A model generated the notes under the pieces. It was not told where the DNA came from, searched no databases, and was given only the letters and a program-made list of their open reading frames with translations. Of a DNA stretch of 64,000 bases, positions 1-12,854 are shown piece by piece (the first letter of the stretch is position 1; the number at the start of each line of letters is the position of its first letter). Both the position numbers and the translations under genes were made by a program. Origin of the DNA: Cycas panzhihuaensis (taxonomy: Eukaryota > Plantae > Cycadophyta); the NCBI GenBank assembly GCA_023213395.1, contig CM041465.1:150605741-150669740 (forward strand), in the 5' to 3' direction.

Positions 1-468
1 TTCACAATTTGTAACTAGGAGTATCGATGGTAATCGTGAAAGGAAAGTTCCATTGGCATTCCCTTCCACTGGCTAGGGGAAGATCTCTAGGATCGAAGGA
101 GATGATGGGTTCACCACTTTAGGTTATGCCCAAAGCGTGAATAGGCATGTCATTCGATCCTAAAGCTTTTAAGAGGAGCATTCGTTGCTCGGGGCAGCTT
201 CTCAAGACGTCCATGATGGACATCTAGAAACTATAGTAAGAAGCTCTTCAACCACGGAGAAAGGCTTACCCTGCCCTATGGGTTGGGTAAGGGCTCTCCT
301 AAAGTTGAAGCGACCGGGGCGGACGAGAATGCTCTTGGGAAGTGCAGGAATCTCTAGAGGAATGGCTTCCAGAGGAGGATCAAGGTGTGACGTAGATGCA
401 GAGGCACCAGTTGCCTCTTTCATGACTTAAGACCAGGTCAAGGCATAGAGGGGAGTGGTCTCAAGCAT

Positions 469-2511
469 CTAGATCACCTTCTTTCCCTTATTGCAGGATC
501 GCGAAGGTGAAGGAGCATGGTGGTCAGGGGAGCACGAAGAGGAAGATGAACCTCGCATACCCTTCCCTCTACCATGTGAAGGGCGAGAATCGAGGGATCT
601 ATCCCGATTCTGGTTGTTTCTTTGTTGAACATTACGATCATGCTCCCTATGTTTGGGGAACAGATCCCTACGAACGGGTTGATCGAGATTAGGCCTCGAT
701 GCCCATCTAGGAGATGAATCACATGGTGGGGCATCATGTGGGTGTTGCATCTGACAATGCGAGTCATCGTGAAAACATTCCCCGTGGATGGAGCACCACC
801 TCTTCTCAAGGGGAGGATCAACTCTCCTCACTTGAGAAGGTTGGGTGCCACCCGCTTTGGGGGGAATGACATGAGAAGCCTGTTGAATTGGTTTGTGGGA
901 GGTTAGCGATGAAGGGGATTGGAGTTTAAGCTCCTTCATCGTGCACTCAAATGAGCATTTAGTGAAAGTAAGGGGAACTAAAGTCCTCTTAGTAGGATGA
1001 GAGGTAGACCTAACAGGTTGCGAAGGTTTGGTTTCCTTTGCTGGGGAAGGTGCCTCATGACGTTGTGAGGGCTTAAGAGGCCTTTTGAGTCTGGCTTGGA
1101 TCTCAATATCCTCTAATGCTAAGCACTTCGTGATCGTAGAGTCACACATGGTTGCCCCTATTTTGAGGACTTCCACATGCACTTCAGGGCGAAGTGCGTT
1201 AACAAAAAGATCTCACTTTAACTCCTCAAGCAATGTGGCCTTAGTAGAGTGAAGGAGATCATGAAATCGTCATACAAAGTCATGATTCATTTCATCGTGA
1301 CCTTATTTGAGCAAAAAGAGTGACTTCATTCTGCTCTCGAATGGACGGGCTACGTCAAAGTAATTGACGAATTCATCCACTAATTACTGGAATGAAGAAA
1401 TGGAGTGGGTAGGGAGATGGTAGAACCATTTGAGGGTGTCACCCTATAAGGATTGTGGAAATAGCTTCATTAGGATGTGGTCGTAGGCCCAGTAGTCTAT
1501 GCACGCTATAGAGAAACTACGCACGTGCTCAGCTAAGTCTTGTAACAAAGTTCCATCGAATTTAGGAACTTCAGGATGGGGAGGCAGCAGATTGGTTCTC
1601 AACACCTCAATAGACAACGACGTTGACATGTAGTCTATGAAGGGACATGTCATTACATGGGCCAAAGGATCAACGAATGGTAGAGAGGCAGGAATAGATA
1701 GGGGTGGTAAACCCATCCCTCCTTGGGGAAATGCCTCTTGTTAGAAAGGGGGTTGCGGATAAACGCCTTGGAAGGGAGGTATGTTCCCTTGCGAAGGTGT
1801 GGCAATAGGAGTTACACTGGATGGTAGAAACGAAGGGTGCAGGATTGGATTCTACCCATATAGGCCACCCGTAGGTGGTGCGACCCCATATGGGTGTAAT
1901 AGGTCTACCCCATAAGCAGGAAGATGGTTTCCCCTGCCCTGCCCCCAAGGTTGAGATGCATAACTTGGGGGCAAGTAAAAGGACAGACTACCAAATGGGT
2001 TTTGAATGTATGTAGGAGCGAGTCCCACATAGTTGATAGCAGTGGCACTAGCAAGACCTCTAGGCCTACTAAGGAATGCATATGTTGCGTTTGAAGGTGG
2101 CATATTCATTTGACTTGGGAAAGGTATGCTAACCCCAAGTTAGGGAAAGGACACACTATGAACAGGTCCTGAAGAGGTAGGATTGTGGCTAGGAATAGAT
2201 GGTGCAACACTTGTCTTGGGAGATGATGTAGACACGGCATGGGACAAGTACACACAGGTGGAAGGGTCATTTGTTGTAGGAGGCGCATGTGCAGATGAAG
2301 AAGGTGCTCCACCATGCAAAGCTTCTTCAAACCACCTAGGACGTGGTTGATGGCGAGTTGCTCGAAAGTACTCGCTGATTGCTTCAACCACGTCAGCAGG
2401 AGGGGTATCCTCGTAGCCATACGAGGTTGATGGGATCTCAAATGTCAGGGACCCCTCAGGGCACTCCTCATAAGATTCACCAATCGAATGGTGAGTCTCG
2501 TGAAGAGGCAA
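469..2511 (-). pseudogene. gag: Tat-type gag (Pro/Tyr-rich N-terminus, retrotransposon gag domain, Zn-knuckle-like WCSIHGECFHDDSHC), interrupted by stops and frameshifts
   Basis: ORFs 2140-2511, 1852-2109, 1444-1716 (PEVPKFDG...HVRSF...LMKLFPQSL, followed by GDTLKWFYHLP) and 469-1182. Confidence 0.85.
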
Positions 2512-2926
2512 GCCTTTTGTTGTATGAGCAGAAGGATAAAGGTCAGAAGGGTGAAACTGGTCACCCGGATAATAGATAGGATCATCACCCTCGTGGGTGG
2601 ATCCCAGAATAGACGCAGAAAACTCTTAAGTTCTTGAGACTATGGTATGGTAGGCCCAATTGGACCGGTAACCTTCCATTGTCGAATCAGGATCCGACAA
2701 TGGAAGGGAACAATGTGATGGGTCTTCTAACAATGGCAGCAGACATCACAAGTAACATGAGAAACGTCGCATGCAACGCCTTTACGAGCATTGTTAGAAG
2801 AAAGCAAAAGGGGTATGAAACAAATATATTGGGGGTTGCCCAATTGAAAAATAAGACAAGAAAGCTGCCTAAAAGTAAGAACACCACTAAAAAAAGGGAA
2901 GCGAAACTAGTTCCCTTACTAGTAGT

Positions 2927-2944
2927 TCCCCAGTATGGTCGCCA
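2927..2944 (-). other. Primer binding site, tRNA-Arg-like (TGGCGACCATACTGGGGA)
   Basis: Lies 1 nt after the LTR end ...GTTTCA and resembles the Ogre/Tat PBS TGGCGACTCC(A/G)CTGGGGA. A decayed copy is at 59997-60014. Confidence 0.8.
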
Positions 2945-2945
2945 G

Positions 2946-5522
2946 TGAAACGCTACCCACCAGGTGGTATCCCTATGTTTAGCAAGAGAATGGATTATAC
3001 AAGACTAGGTTGGGCTAAATAGCAAGGACTCACCTTGCAAGGCGTCCATGCGTTGGAGTGCAGATTCGGGACCTGTAGAGGTGCTTGGTTACTTCTAGGT
3101 AGTTATAGAAGATGAGGCCTTCCTACCCCTCAGATGGCTGGGAAGAGGAGGAGAGAGCCTGGCAAGTTGCGTCTTCTCAAGGGAGTGAGAAGGCAACACG
3201 AGAATGAGAATGCACGTGTAACATGGTGTCTAGGTATAGGCTTGGCCAAAAGAGCAAAGTGCGGGTAGTCCTAACATGAAATAAACTATCTAAATGTACT
3301 AGATTAACGGCTAAATAAAAGATATGCAAAGAAGCAAATGTATGTTCTTTTCCTCTTTCAGTTTCCTATGTGTTTCTTACTATGCAAGCATGTGCACAAA
3401 GAACAACACTATAAAGAAAATATGCAAGGATAAGGAAAATACTTGGACCGGCACCTAAATGGAGTGCTACACGTCTCTTCACTTCCCACTCCTTTCCGCT
3501 CCACTTGTTGCACACGTGAAACTGATGGGCGATGGATGCCGTGAACGACCGAAGAGAGGCTAGCTTACCTCCCCAATATATGCAAGAAGTGAATGGAAAA
3601 TAATGAAAATCAACAAATATGGAACTAACCTGCAATGGGTTTGTTTCACATGCGACTCCACAAATGTGAGATCCTACCAATCAAACATACAAGTATCTCC
3701 CTCTCAGAAGAGGGGCCGCAAAATAGATCTAATATGTATACTAAACTTAGAGGAAATGGAATCAAACTAAGCTAAGCATATGCATTATTATTTAATGAAA
3801 TAACTTTCAACAAAGTTTCCACAAACAGTTACCGCAAATGACACCTAAAACAAGAGTATAGCCTCAGAATGGCTAACTCACCCATGATAAGTCTCCACTT
3901 AGCCTCAGGAAAGGAAAACAAACTCACAGCAAGAACATGGGGTAGCGAACAACGAGAACGAAAAATGTAACTAAAAGGTATGCAGGCACCCAAAGAACGA
4001 GATGCTACGAATAGCAAATCATCCAACTGGATGGATTGCAAACTGTTAACTGGCAAGAAGCGGTTTTGGGGCTTATGCGATGCCCAAAACCAATGAACAA
4101 AAATCTAAAACCAGCGTGACAACGAGCTACCAATGCTGATTTAGATACGAAAGTGAGCTTCCAAATTCCCTAACCTGACTTCTAGAAAGGCACAAAGGTG
4201 TAAAGGGAGAGAAAGCAAGGGACGAAACCCTTGGGGAGAAGGGTAACAAGGGGGACTAACCCTGCCTTCTTCCCTCTAACTTCCTCTATGTTACCCCCTT
4301 GCAACAGCCACCTAAAAGCAGGCTAGCAAGAATGATGAGAGAGCACTATGGTCCATAAATCTAGAAATCTAGCAACAAGATAAGCAATGGAATCAAGGAA
4401 GTAAATAAAATAAATATTTATTTGCTAAAAAACTATAAAAAGTAGCATAAAGCATGAAGTAAACAAGTAAGGTACCTTGTAAGGAGGAGAAGAAGTATGC
4501 ATCTGCTGGAAAACAGTAGGAAAAAACTAGCATCTAGTAAGATTTAGTGGCAGGTTTGGAAGAGGAGACAAATATGTGAAAAATCCTGTGAGTTGGGGCC
4601 CTTCGAAGCTTGTCCTTTTTGGGAGACCTTGAAGAAATATCCTCCTTGTAGCTTTGAATACCTGCAAACAGATGTTAAGCTTGCTGTTCCTCAGCATAAG
4701 AGACAATAATGGTCTCTGGTAAAGAGCAATAGTTGTGAGTCTTATTCTGCAGTAGTTTTCTGTGGAAGATTTTATAGAGTTCTTTGTGAACAATAAGCTA
4801 AGAATCCTTCAAAATGAAGAGGAAGTTTAGTTTTATTCCCTCCTCACTGTAAGTGAACATTGGGGATGTCAGGGCTATTCAAATGCGCAGGTGCCACGTG
4901 GCAGTTCCGCAAAAAAAGTAGAAACTGTCACGTGATTTTAAAAAAGTTTTCAAGCAACAGATGCATGATAAACTTCGCAGTATCACAGTAAAGATCGCGG
5001 TACTGCTAAGTTTATAGTGGTACGAACCTGGAAACAAAAAATAAGCAAAAACTAGGGTTTGGAGCAAAACAGAGAGCAAATAAAGGCTGGAAACAACTGG
5101 GGGGAGTACCCAGGTGATGGATAAGTAGCTAGGAAAGTGAACTGGGTCTCAACCAAGGATTCAATCAGACTTGGAAGAGATTACAACATGAACAGGGTTT
5201 CGTAAAAAGGGCAAACACGACTAGTCAAGGCATCCCGAGGGGCCGTGGAGTCGAAGTGGATGGCTATGCGCTATATGTGGTGTAATATTCGCTGGAGAAT
5301 GCCCCCACTGTGAGTCATCATAGGCTAAAAGGCATGCGATAAGCACATGTAAAGTGATCAAGTAGGAAGATAATGCAAACATACAGATGTCAGGCAAGCA
5401 TGTATCAGGTAGTCTACACTAAATAATCTCAGTCAAATAGGAGTGAAGCGAGAAGCGAAAACGTATACCTGAACTTACCCGAGTCGATGCGTCTTGAGTC
5501 CATTCCCGATAGCTGGGAAACA
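2946..5522 (-). repeat. 5' LTR of Tat copy A (~2.58 kb)
   Basis: Its start TGTTTCCCAGCTATCGGGAATGG matches LTR starts at 35068 and ~57962. It ends TTTCA immediately before the PBS. Confidence 0.85.
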
Positions 5523-5879
5523 AATGGGAATCCCCTTACCTTAAGGCATGGGTGGCTCTCCATTCATCTTAAATCATACACAATAGGCACCCCAATTAAG
5601 TAGACCCCACTTATCCTAAAGATCTACTTAGGGGGCATCCCCCTCCTCCTTTAATCTAAAGCACATCTTAAGAGAGTGTCCCTTGGGGTATAGATGGTGA
5701 ATCTTTGAGATATATGTTAGACTCCCTTTCGATCCCACCCCACCTTTCATGCACCATTAACACATGAGAGCATGCTATAAATCATCAAAGGAGTCACCTC
5801 ATTATATAGATTGGTTGTTCAATCACTATCAACTTGTTGCACCCCTATAACCTCCTACTAGTAAGGCTATCCATGGGAT

Positions 5880-8800
5880 AGATTACTTTGAAAATGAGGA
5901 GGCCTTGTTAGAACATCTAGTAGGGTCCTCATATAACTTACCTTCCATTCACTACAAGCTAGGTTTCTAAAAGTGCTTAGCCATCGACTCTTCCTTATCC
6001 AATCCTAATGAAACAATTGTCACACCCAATTTGCCTATTGATCAAGCGCCCCTTCACTTTAAAGAAGGGAATGTCTTATGTGTAGGGGTAACCAAGGACA
6101 TTATCCTTGTCCCCAATAAGATCATCAAGATTAGCATTGAATGCTCACCTTAGGAGATTAATGAGTACACATAACTCTTTTGTGAGTTTCATGAGGTGTT
6201 TATGTGGAACTACTCTAACATGAAGGGCATTGACCCTAATATTGTCACCCATAACCTTATGATAATTTCGGGTGCTCAACCCATCTAGCAAAAATAATGT
6301 CCATTATACCCTAAATTATTGGTCACAGTTAAGATGGAAGTGGAGAAGCTATACAACATGGGTATTATCACTTCTATCAACTACCCAAGTGGGTGTCCAA
6401 CATAGTCCCAGTTGCCAAAAGGAAGGGGACCATTTGGATTTGCACTAACTTTAGGGATTTTAATAATGCATGTCCTAAAGACAACTTCTTATTACTATTT
6501 ACTAATCAAATTATTGATTACATAGTAGGGTTTGAGCTCATGTCCTTAATGGATAACTTCTTTAGATATAATTAAATCCAAATATCCCCCTTCTCTAGAT
6601 ACAATTAGATCTAAATATCCCTCAAGTATCATCACAAAATGGTATTTACACTCCTTAGGTAATATTCGCATATAAAGCAATGCCCTTTGGCTTGAAGAAT
6701 GATGAGGTAACTTACTAGAAGGCCATGTAGTTCATCTTTCATGACCTCATTAATAAGATTCTTGAAGTCTTTATGGATGATTTGATGGGCCTTTCCCATA
6801 AGAGGGTCGATCACCTCGTGGATCTCAAGAAGTTTTTTGCTAGGTGTCATAAATACCATGCCGACCTAAATCTACTTAAATACAATAATGGATGATAAAC
6901 TTTTAGGATTCTTGGTGTCACAACAAGGAATCAAGATTAGCCCAAATAATGTTAGAGCTATAATTAAGATGTTGTCCCCTAAGATACAATGACAAATCAA
7001 GTCATTTTTGGGATAATTAGGTTTCTTATGATGTTTTTTGGCAAATTTTGCTGTTAACGTAAAATCACTAACCAACTTACTTAAAAAGGGAACCCCATTT
7101 GTTTAAACCCCTAGATCTTAAGCAACCTTTCAAGAGCTCAAGAAAGCTCTCATTTTGGCCCCTACTCTGGCCTCTCTTTTATTCGATTGTCTTTTTATCC
7201 ACTATACCTCAATAATTTATGAATCTATCAGTGCCATATTGGCCTAGGAAGATGACTCTAAGGTTGAAAGAGTCATCTACTTCTTAAGACATAGTCTTGT
7301 GGTGACTAATCTAAATTATCCACTAGCTAAGAAGGAATGCCTAGTATTGGTATTCATTGCGAAGACGCTATAGCATTACCTCCTTGGTAATACTACACAT
7401 GTTATAGTTTGATTAGACCCATTACATTATTTAATGACCTGGTCTGACTTGATAAGGAGAATGAGCAAATGGGCCATTCTCCTCTAAGAATATGACTTGA
7501 TGGTTATTAAATACAAGTTATAGAAGGGGATGGTCATGGCAGAGAAACTTGTTAATACCTCCCTCCTCAATTCTACCAATACTCTAATTGATAACTCCTT
7601 ACCTAATGAACCCATCTTTGCTCTCTAGTAGACTGATGGGCATCCCTTAGCTAACAACATCTAGTATGGCAATATTATGAGTTATTTAACTCAATAAAAA
7701 TACCCCATGGATGATAACAACAAAGTACAATAATACATAAGGGCCACCACATGATAATACTTCCTCATTGAGGAAGTATTATATAAGCAATCATTTTATG
7801 ATGTCCTCCTTTATTGTATTAATTCAGAGGAAACTGATTAAGTACTTCATGAATGCCATGATAGCATTTGAAATGGATATTTTAGAGGCTAGTCTATGGC
7901 CTAACATATCCTCTGCATGGGATTTTATTGGCCAACTCTTTTCAAAGATGCCCATGCATATATCCAACATTGTCACAAATGCCAAGAACATTCCAATGTG
8001 ATCCTCCAGCCTTCTGAGGCATTGTATATGATAATATTATTGTGGCCATTCTCCAAATGAGATCTTGATCTCATTAAGGCCATAACTCCCCCATCCTTAG
8101 CCTAGCATAAATTCATTCTTATTACCACAGAATACTTTACCAAATAGGCTAAGGTTATCGCTTTATTCTCTATGATGAGCAAAATAGTTGCCACTTTTAT
8201 GTTTCAACATATTATTTATCAATTTGGAGTCTCTAATATCCTCATTACGGATAATGGAACTCTCTTTTGTAATAAAGAGATGGATAAGCTTTATGAGAGA
8301 TTCAAAATCTCTCATAAAACTTTGTCTCCTTATTATCCCTAGGCTAGCATCTAGATCAAGCCTTTTAACAAGACCTTGATTAATATTCTCAAGAAGATTA
8401 TTACCCAATCCCAATGGGATTGGCACCTTTAACTCCATCTAGTCTTATGGTCCTACTACACATATATCAGGATGGCCATAGTTATGGCATTCTTTTTCTT
8501 GGTCTATAGATTAGAAGTATTGCTACATCTTGAAGTTGAAATCCCTTCCTTAATGGTTTCCCTTAAAGAATTCGTAAACAAAGAGTGGTAATACCAAGCC
8601 TACCTTCTTGATCTAGAAGTGTTAGATGAAAAAGGCCTCACTACATACTAAGCCAACCTTGTACTTAAGGCTAAAGCCTAAAAGACACATAATAAATAGC
8701 TATGACTATGACCTCTAGTCCCTAAGGACTAAGTTCTTAAACTAGAATATCTATATAATTTCATTTCTAAGTTTGGCTTAACTAGGTGGGCCCTTTCATG

Positions 8801-8905
8801 GTCACTGAAACCCTTAGTAATGGCATGTACCTGATTGCTACATTGGAATACCTTGAGTTTGAAAAGGTTGTTAATGGGAAATTCCTCAAGAGGTTCTACC
8901 ATTAA
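5880..8905 (+). pseudogene. pol: Degenerate Tat pol: RT, RNase H, integrase (no aRH between RH and INT)
   Basis: RT motifs VFMWNYSNMKGIDP and WVSNIVPVAKRKGTIWICTNFRDFNNACPKDNF; RH MSKWAILL*EYD; INT HECHD..GFYWPTLFKDAHAYIQHCHKCQ, ITDNGTLF and GPF; ends FLKRFYH* at 8905. Confidence 0.9.
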
Positions 8906-9478
8906 CCTCTTGACCCTCCAATATAGAGCAGTAGCTAAAGTGATGCTCTGGTATGAGCTTGAATTTCCATCCTTCCTTTAGGATAAGCATAAACTACCAA
9001 ACCCTCACTTTGAAATGAGCCTAAACTACTCCTATCCATGAGGCTGAGCATCTACCACAATGGGGCATGGCACTAAAATATCCCCATCCCTTCCCCTTCT
9101 CTGAAATAAGCCTAAACTACCTTCATCTTGGATATGGTCACCTCCTCATATGGTGCCCCACTAAGATCTATCTCCTACCATTCTTGGCCAATGATTGAAT
9201 CAATCCTATAATGAGAGATGTGGGACTCCTCCATAAGTATAAACTAGTAACTAATCATGTGACATCATTTCATGTGGATTGTGTATGTGTGCTTAGTATG
9301 TGAGTTATGATGCCATACATATTAGTAGATATCAAGCTAAACATACATAAATAAGCATATATAAATATGAGAATGATGAAACATATAAAAGATATATCCA
9401 TATAATAAGTACACTAAAGATATAAAAATGATGTGGTATTAATTGGTCCCCATATACATATATATACATATACAAAAA

Positions 9479-10066
9479 ATGAAGTATAATGTGGATAGGG
9501 ATACAATGTATTATGAGGAAGTTGGGGTCCTTATAGGGGTGTACAATCATATACACAAACCCCATATCCTTAGAGTCCTAGATTTCCTCTACAAAATACA
9601 AAATACAACCACCACCCATGTCTTCAAGGGCTGTCATCCCATGGCTATTGTCTCCTCCACTCTTGGGAGGTCTAAGTACCTCCCATGCTCCTCCTTAATT
9701 ACTATGATGGCCTGGACTCGCTCCCCTTAGCTTGTGAATGGCCCTTCTCCCTCTGGGTTCTAAAAGAATGGGATGCCATCTACTCTACCATCTAATCATA
9801 CTAGGATTAGAGATGATCCCTCTCCTCTTAGACCTCCTAAATCCACCCCTCCAGTATAATAATCTAGACCTCTACACTAGGAGCCATCTATATAGGGGCT
9901 GTTATAATTGAAGGTACTATCTCCTTACCTTGTGCCTCCAACTCCCTTACTTGAGCCTATAGTTGATCCCTCTCTCTACCTGAAGTTAGCCCCTCTCAAC
10001 ATAGATTCAATCCATGTCTGACCATAGCTCATGGACCTCTATGGCCCACATCTCCCTAGCCCTTAA
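9479..10066 (+). pseudogene. Unknown extra sense ORF in the Tat 3' region (degenerate)
   Basis: ORF 9443-9730 plus a frameshifted continuation (…LLNYYDGLDSLPLACEWPFSLWVLKEWDAIYST…). Most of its stops are explicable as CAG/TGG/CGA deamination. Confidence 0.35.
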
Positions 10067-10320
10067 TAAGGGGGAAAATGCTATTGTATAGGGATGTTCT
10101 AATGTCATCTCCCCATTATCCACTATAGAAGGATAGCCCTATGCATGCACCATAGGAAATAACTCAGTGATAACCCTATTAACAAGCTCTATTGTAATAC
10201 CCTCTTTGCTAATTAACAAGTTTGTATGTCAGTAATAAGCCCATACAAAATCAACATATAATTAAACAATGTAATTAACTACAAGGGGTTCAAATCAAAA
10301 TGGAAAAGTATAATATCTCT

Positions 10321-11331
10321 CTAAGGGGCCTCCCTTAGAGCTGTTGTTGTCTCTTGGCCTTCTCTTTGATTGAGCTCCATACCAACATCATGTGCCTCCT
10401 TATCCCTAGTAGCCTCTACCTCCTCCTCATAACCTTTAGCAGCCTCTTCTCCCTCTCCTCCTCTCTAGCCTTTATTGCTAGCTCTAATGTGCCTCCATCC
10501 CCCTCCTCATCACTATCCTAGTAAACGCCCTAATAGGGATGTCTCATAATCATCAGGAATCAATAGCTTTAAGGAAGTTACATCTACTAATCGATGGACC
10601 TATTCAAGCTCTGTTAAGCTCCAAAAATGTGATGACCACCTATGAATCAATGGTCCACTTGGTCCTATCAACTGTGGCCTTGTAATAAGTCCCACTCCTT
10701 GGAAGTGATTAAAATACTAGCATTATAGACTAATACGAGAAACCACCATGTCTTGTTGTTCATATCTAATCTAGTTTGGCCTATATGTTAACTGCTACAA
10801 AGGTTTCCTAGTCTAGTCTCTCTTCATCCTTACATCGATGTATGGTGCCCATCCAACCTCTTAGCATCTCATGATAGTTTGTCACAGGGATATCCAAAAT
10901 AGAATGGTGAATATAATGAGTTCTCTCATTTAAGGAATGACTACTGTCATGATCTTCCTCTCAGACCCTCCTTACCTATCCTAGTGCCCCCTACCATAGA
11001 AATACCTTGTAGCCTAATGGGAATCCTTAGTACTGGGTAAAACCCCTAACTCAAGTAGTGGTCCTCTCACTAGTAGTGCTAAGATCTTTTTGATATCACT
11101 AACTATGATAGTCAAATCTCCTATTATTGGCAGGTGACAAACCTACCTCCTCCTATCCTAGTATGATATAATATCCACTAGGAGGGCCTGATCTAACACG
11201 TATTGGTGTATCCTCACTGCCCTCAATAGTCTATAGCTCTACAACACTTTTTGATCTCATGCTTTCATCATCTCAACCAAGCCCAATATAGGCGTACCTA
11301 TGTTTTTGTGATTAACAATCATGATAATGAC
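10321..11331 (-). pseudogene. Antisense Plant Mobile Domain (PMD, aminotransferase-like/MAIN-MAIL1 family) ORF of the Tat element
   Basis: The minus frame reads HQYVLDQALLVDIISY(W)DRRR(Q)VCHLPIIGDLTIIVSDIK..ILALLVRGP, matching the PMD consensus D..L...L.ERW....TFHLP.GE.TITL.DV..ILGLP..G. It continues with GWAPY and an acidic tail ending at 10321. Confidence 0.75.
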
Positions 11332-11609
11332 CTAAAACACATAAAAGAGGTCCCACAAGTTAGTCCATTAAGACCCAAGGCCTACCCACTATTGATTAAT
11401 AACTCAAAATTAAATCTACTAAGCATTTTTAAGGGAAAAATTAAACTTTGAATAAGTACTTACTTGTACTATAGATAAATTTATGGTACCAAAAATATCT
11501 ATATGGTACTGTAACCACTTTTGTGGTACTGTAATAATTTTCTAAGAGCATTCATGGTACTACTGTAATATTTATGATACTATAAAATTTATTGTGGTAC
11601 ATAGAAAAT

Positions 11610-12241
11610 TGTTGAGAATACAGGTCCCAAACCTTAAATCGCCATAAGATCTAAACTATTTTGTAATTAGTTACAAGAATTGAGACTAAGAATGAACATG
11701 CAAGTTCTAAAATCAGAGATAATGCAATAACATCAGTATACAAGCTAAACATCATATATACACCTGATATAATGTGGTAAAACCCTAGCAGTGTACTAGG
11801 GAAACATCCACACAGGAAAGGTATCGATCTTTATTACTGTAGAATGGAGAAATAGTACATCTCAATAGCAGAGTGCTCTTAGGAACAATAACCAGCCGCT
11901 GCCCTCTTCACAGTACATTACAACATAATAAGAAAAGCCCTAAAATAGGCTACATGAGAGGGACATCCAAGGCATAAATCTCAGCCGTAGAATCTAGGGT
12001 ATTTGTATCGAATGACCATGAGTCTCTTTACAATTTAATAAGGTTTACAGGGCTAATTTTTTGGGTTGGGGGCTATTGCCCCTGAACCCCCTCTTAGCGG
12101 GGGTGTTCCACGCCCCTGTAGCCCCCAGCCAAGGGGAGCTCTTGCCCCCCTTAGAACCCCTGAGAAAGATTAGGGGGGGAAATCGCGCTGAAAACACACC
12201 AAAATTTTAACCCCAAAATATTGTTGTCATAATATCCAACA
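11610..12241 (-). mobile_element. Copia solo LTR (632 bp)
   Basis: TGTTG...CAACA termini, near-TSD AAAAT/AAACT, and homology to the copia 3' LTR at 62454-63173. Confidence 0.85.
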
Positions 12242-12854
12242 AAACTAACCCCTAAAACTACAAAAATAAGATAAAAAATTACGTTTAGGGCTTGGTAGTA
12301 GGCCCATTAAAACTAGGGCACCAAGATGCCCTGGTCTAGCCCAAAACAAAGCCTAAATATGCCTCATTTAGTCTTATTCCACCTAAATGGTCATAGCCCA
12401 TCTACAAAAAATACATAATTATAAAATGCAAATAATACAACTAATAAATTGGATCCACTTAGTAGATTTAGGCACACTATGGCCATTACATTGATATAGT
12501 CCTAATGACTCCGTCCACTTGATAATCTGATGGCCATATCTCTCACAGTGAACTTGTAAAGGCAAAAGAAAAATTGGGGGTTAGAGAAGCATTTTTGTAA
12601 AAATCCTATAAGCAATGGTGAAAATGAAATTAAAATTCTTAAGAAACTTGAATATATAGAGGGACCTTTCCCTCTCATTTGGATATTGTTTCACCCCCCG
12701 TCCTTTTCCTTATGATTGCATTACTAACATAGCCATACTAGATACCATTATTATATCTATTTCGACCAAGGGCCCTTCTCGAGCCCATCTCCCATTCTTT
12801 TGATATTTGATGCATGACAATGATGCCCCATTTTATCCTTGGGTGAGCCTTTTT

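Larger units (their letters stand above)
1..5522 (-). mobile_element. Ty3/gypsy Tat-lineage LTR retrotransposon copy A (5' LTR, PBS, gag; continues left of window); comparatively young
   Basis: Minus-strand gag motifs, a tRNA-Arg-like PBS and a 2.58-kb LTR (TGTTTCCC...GTTTCA). Many CpGs are retained relative to its neighbours. Inserted into the pol region of related copy B in opposite orientation. Confidence 0.9.

Noticed and set aside
2634-5079. Short ORFs in the Tat A 5' UTR and LTR
   Set aside because: No recognisable domains; chance ORFs in non-coding LTR/UTR.
8980-9125. CRISPR-like array
   Set aside because: Repeats are only ~12 bp and irregularly spaced, the context is eukaryotic TE DNA, and there are no cas genes.
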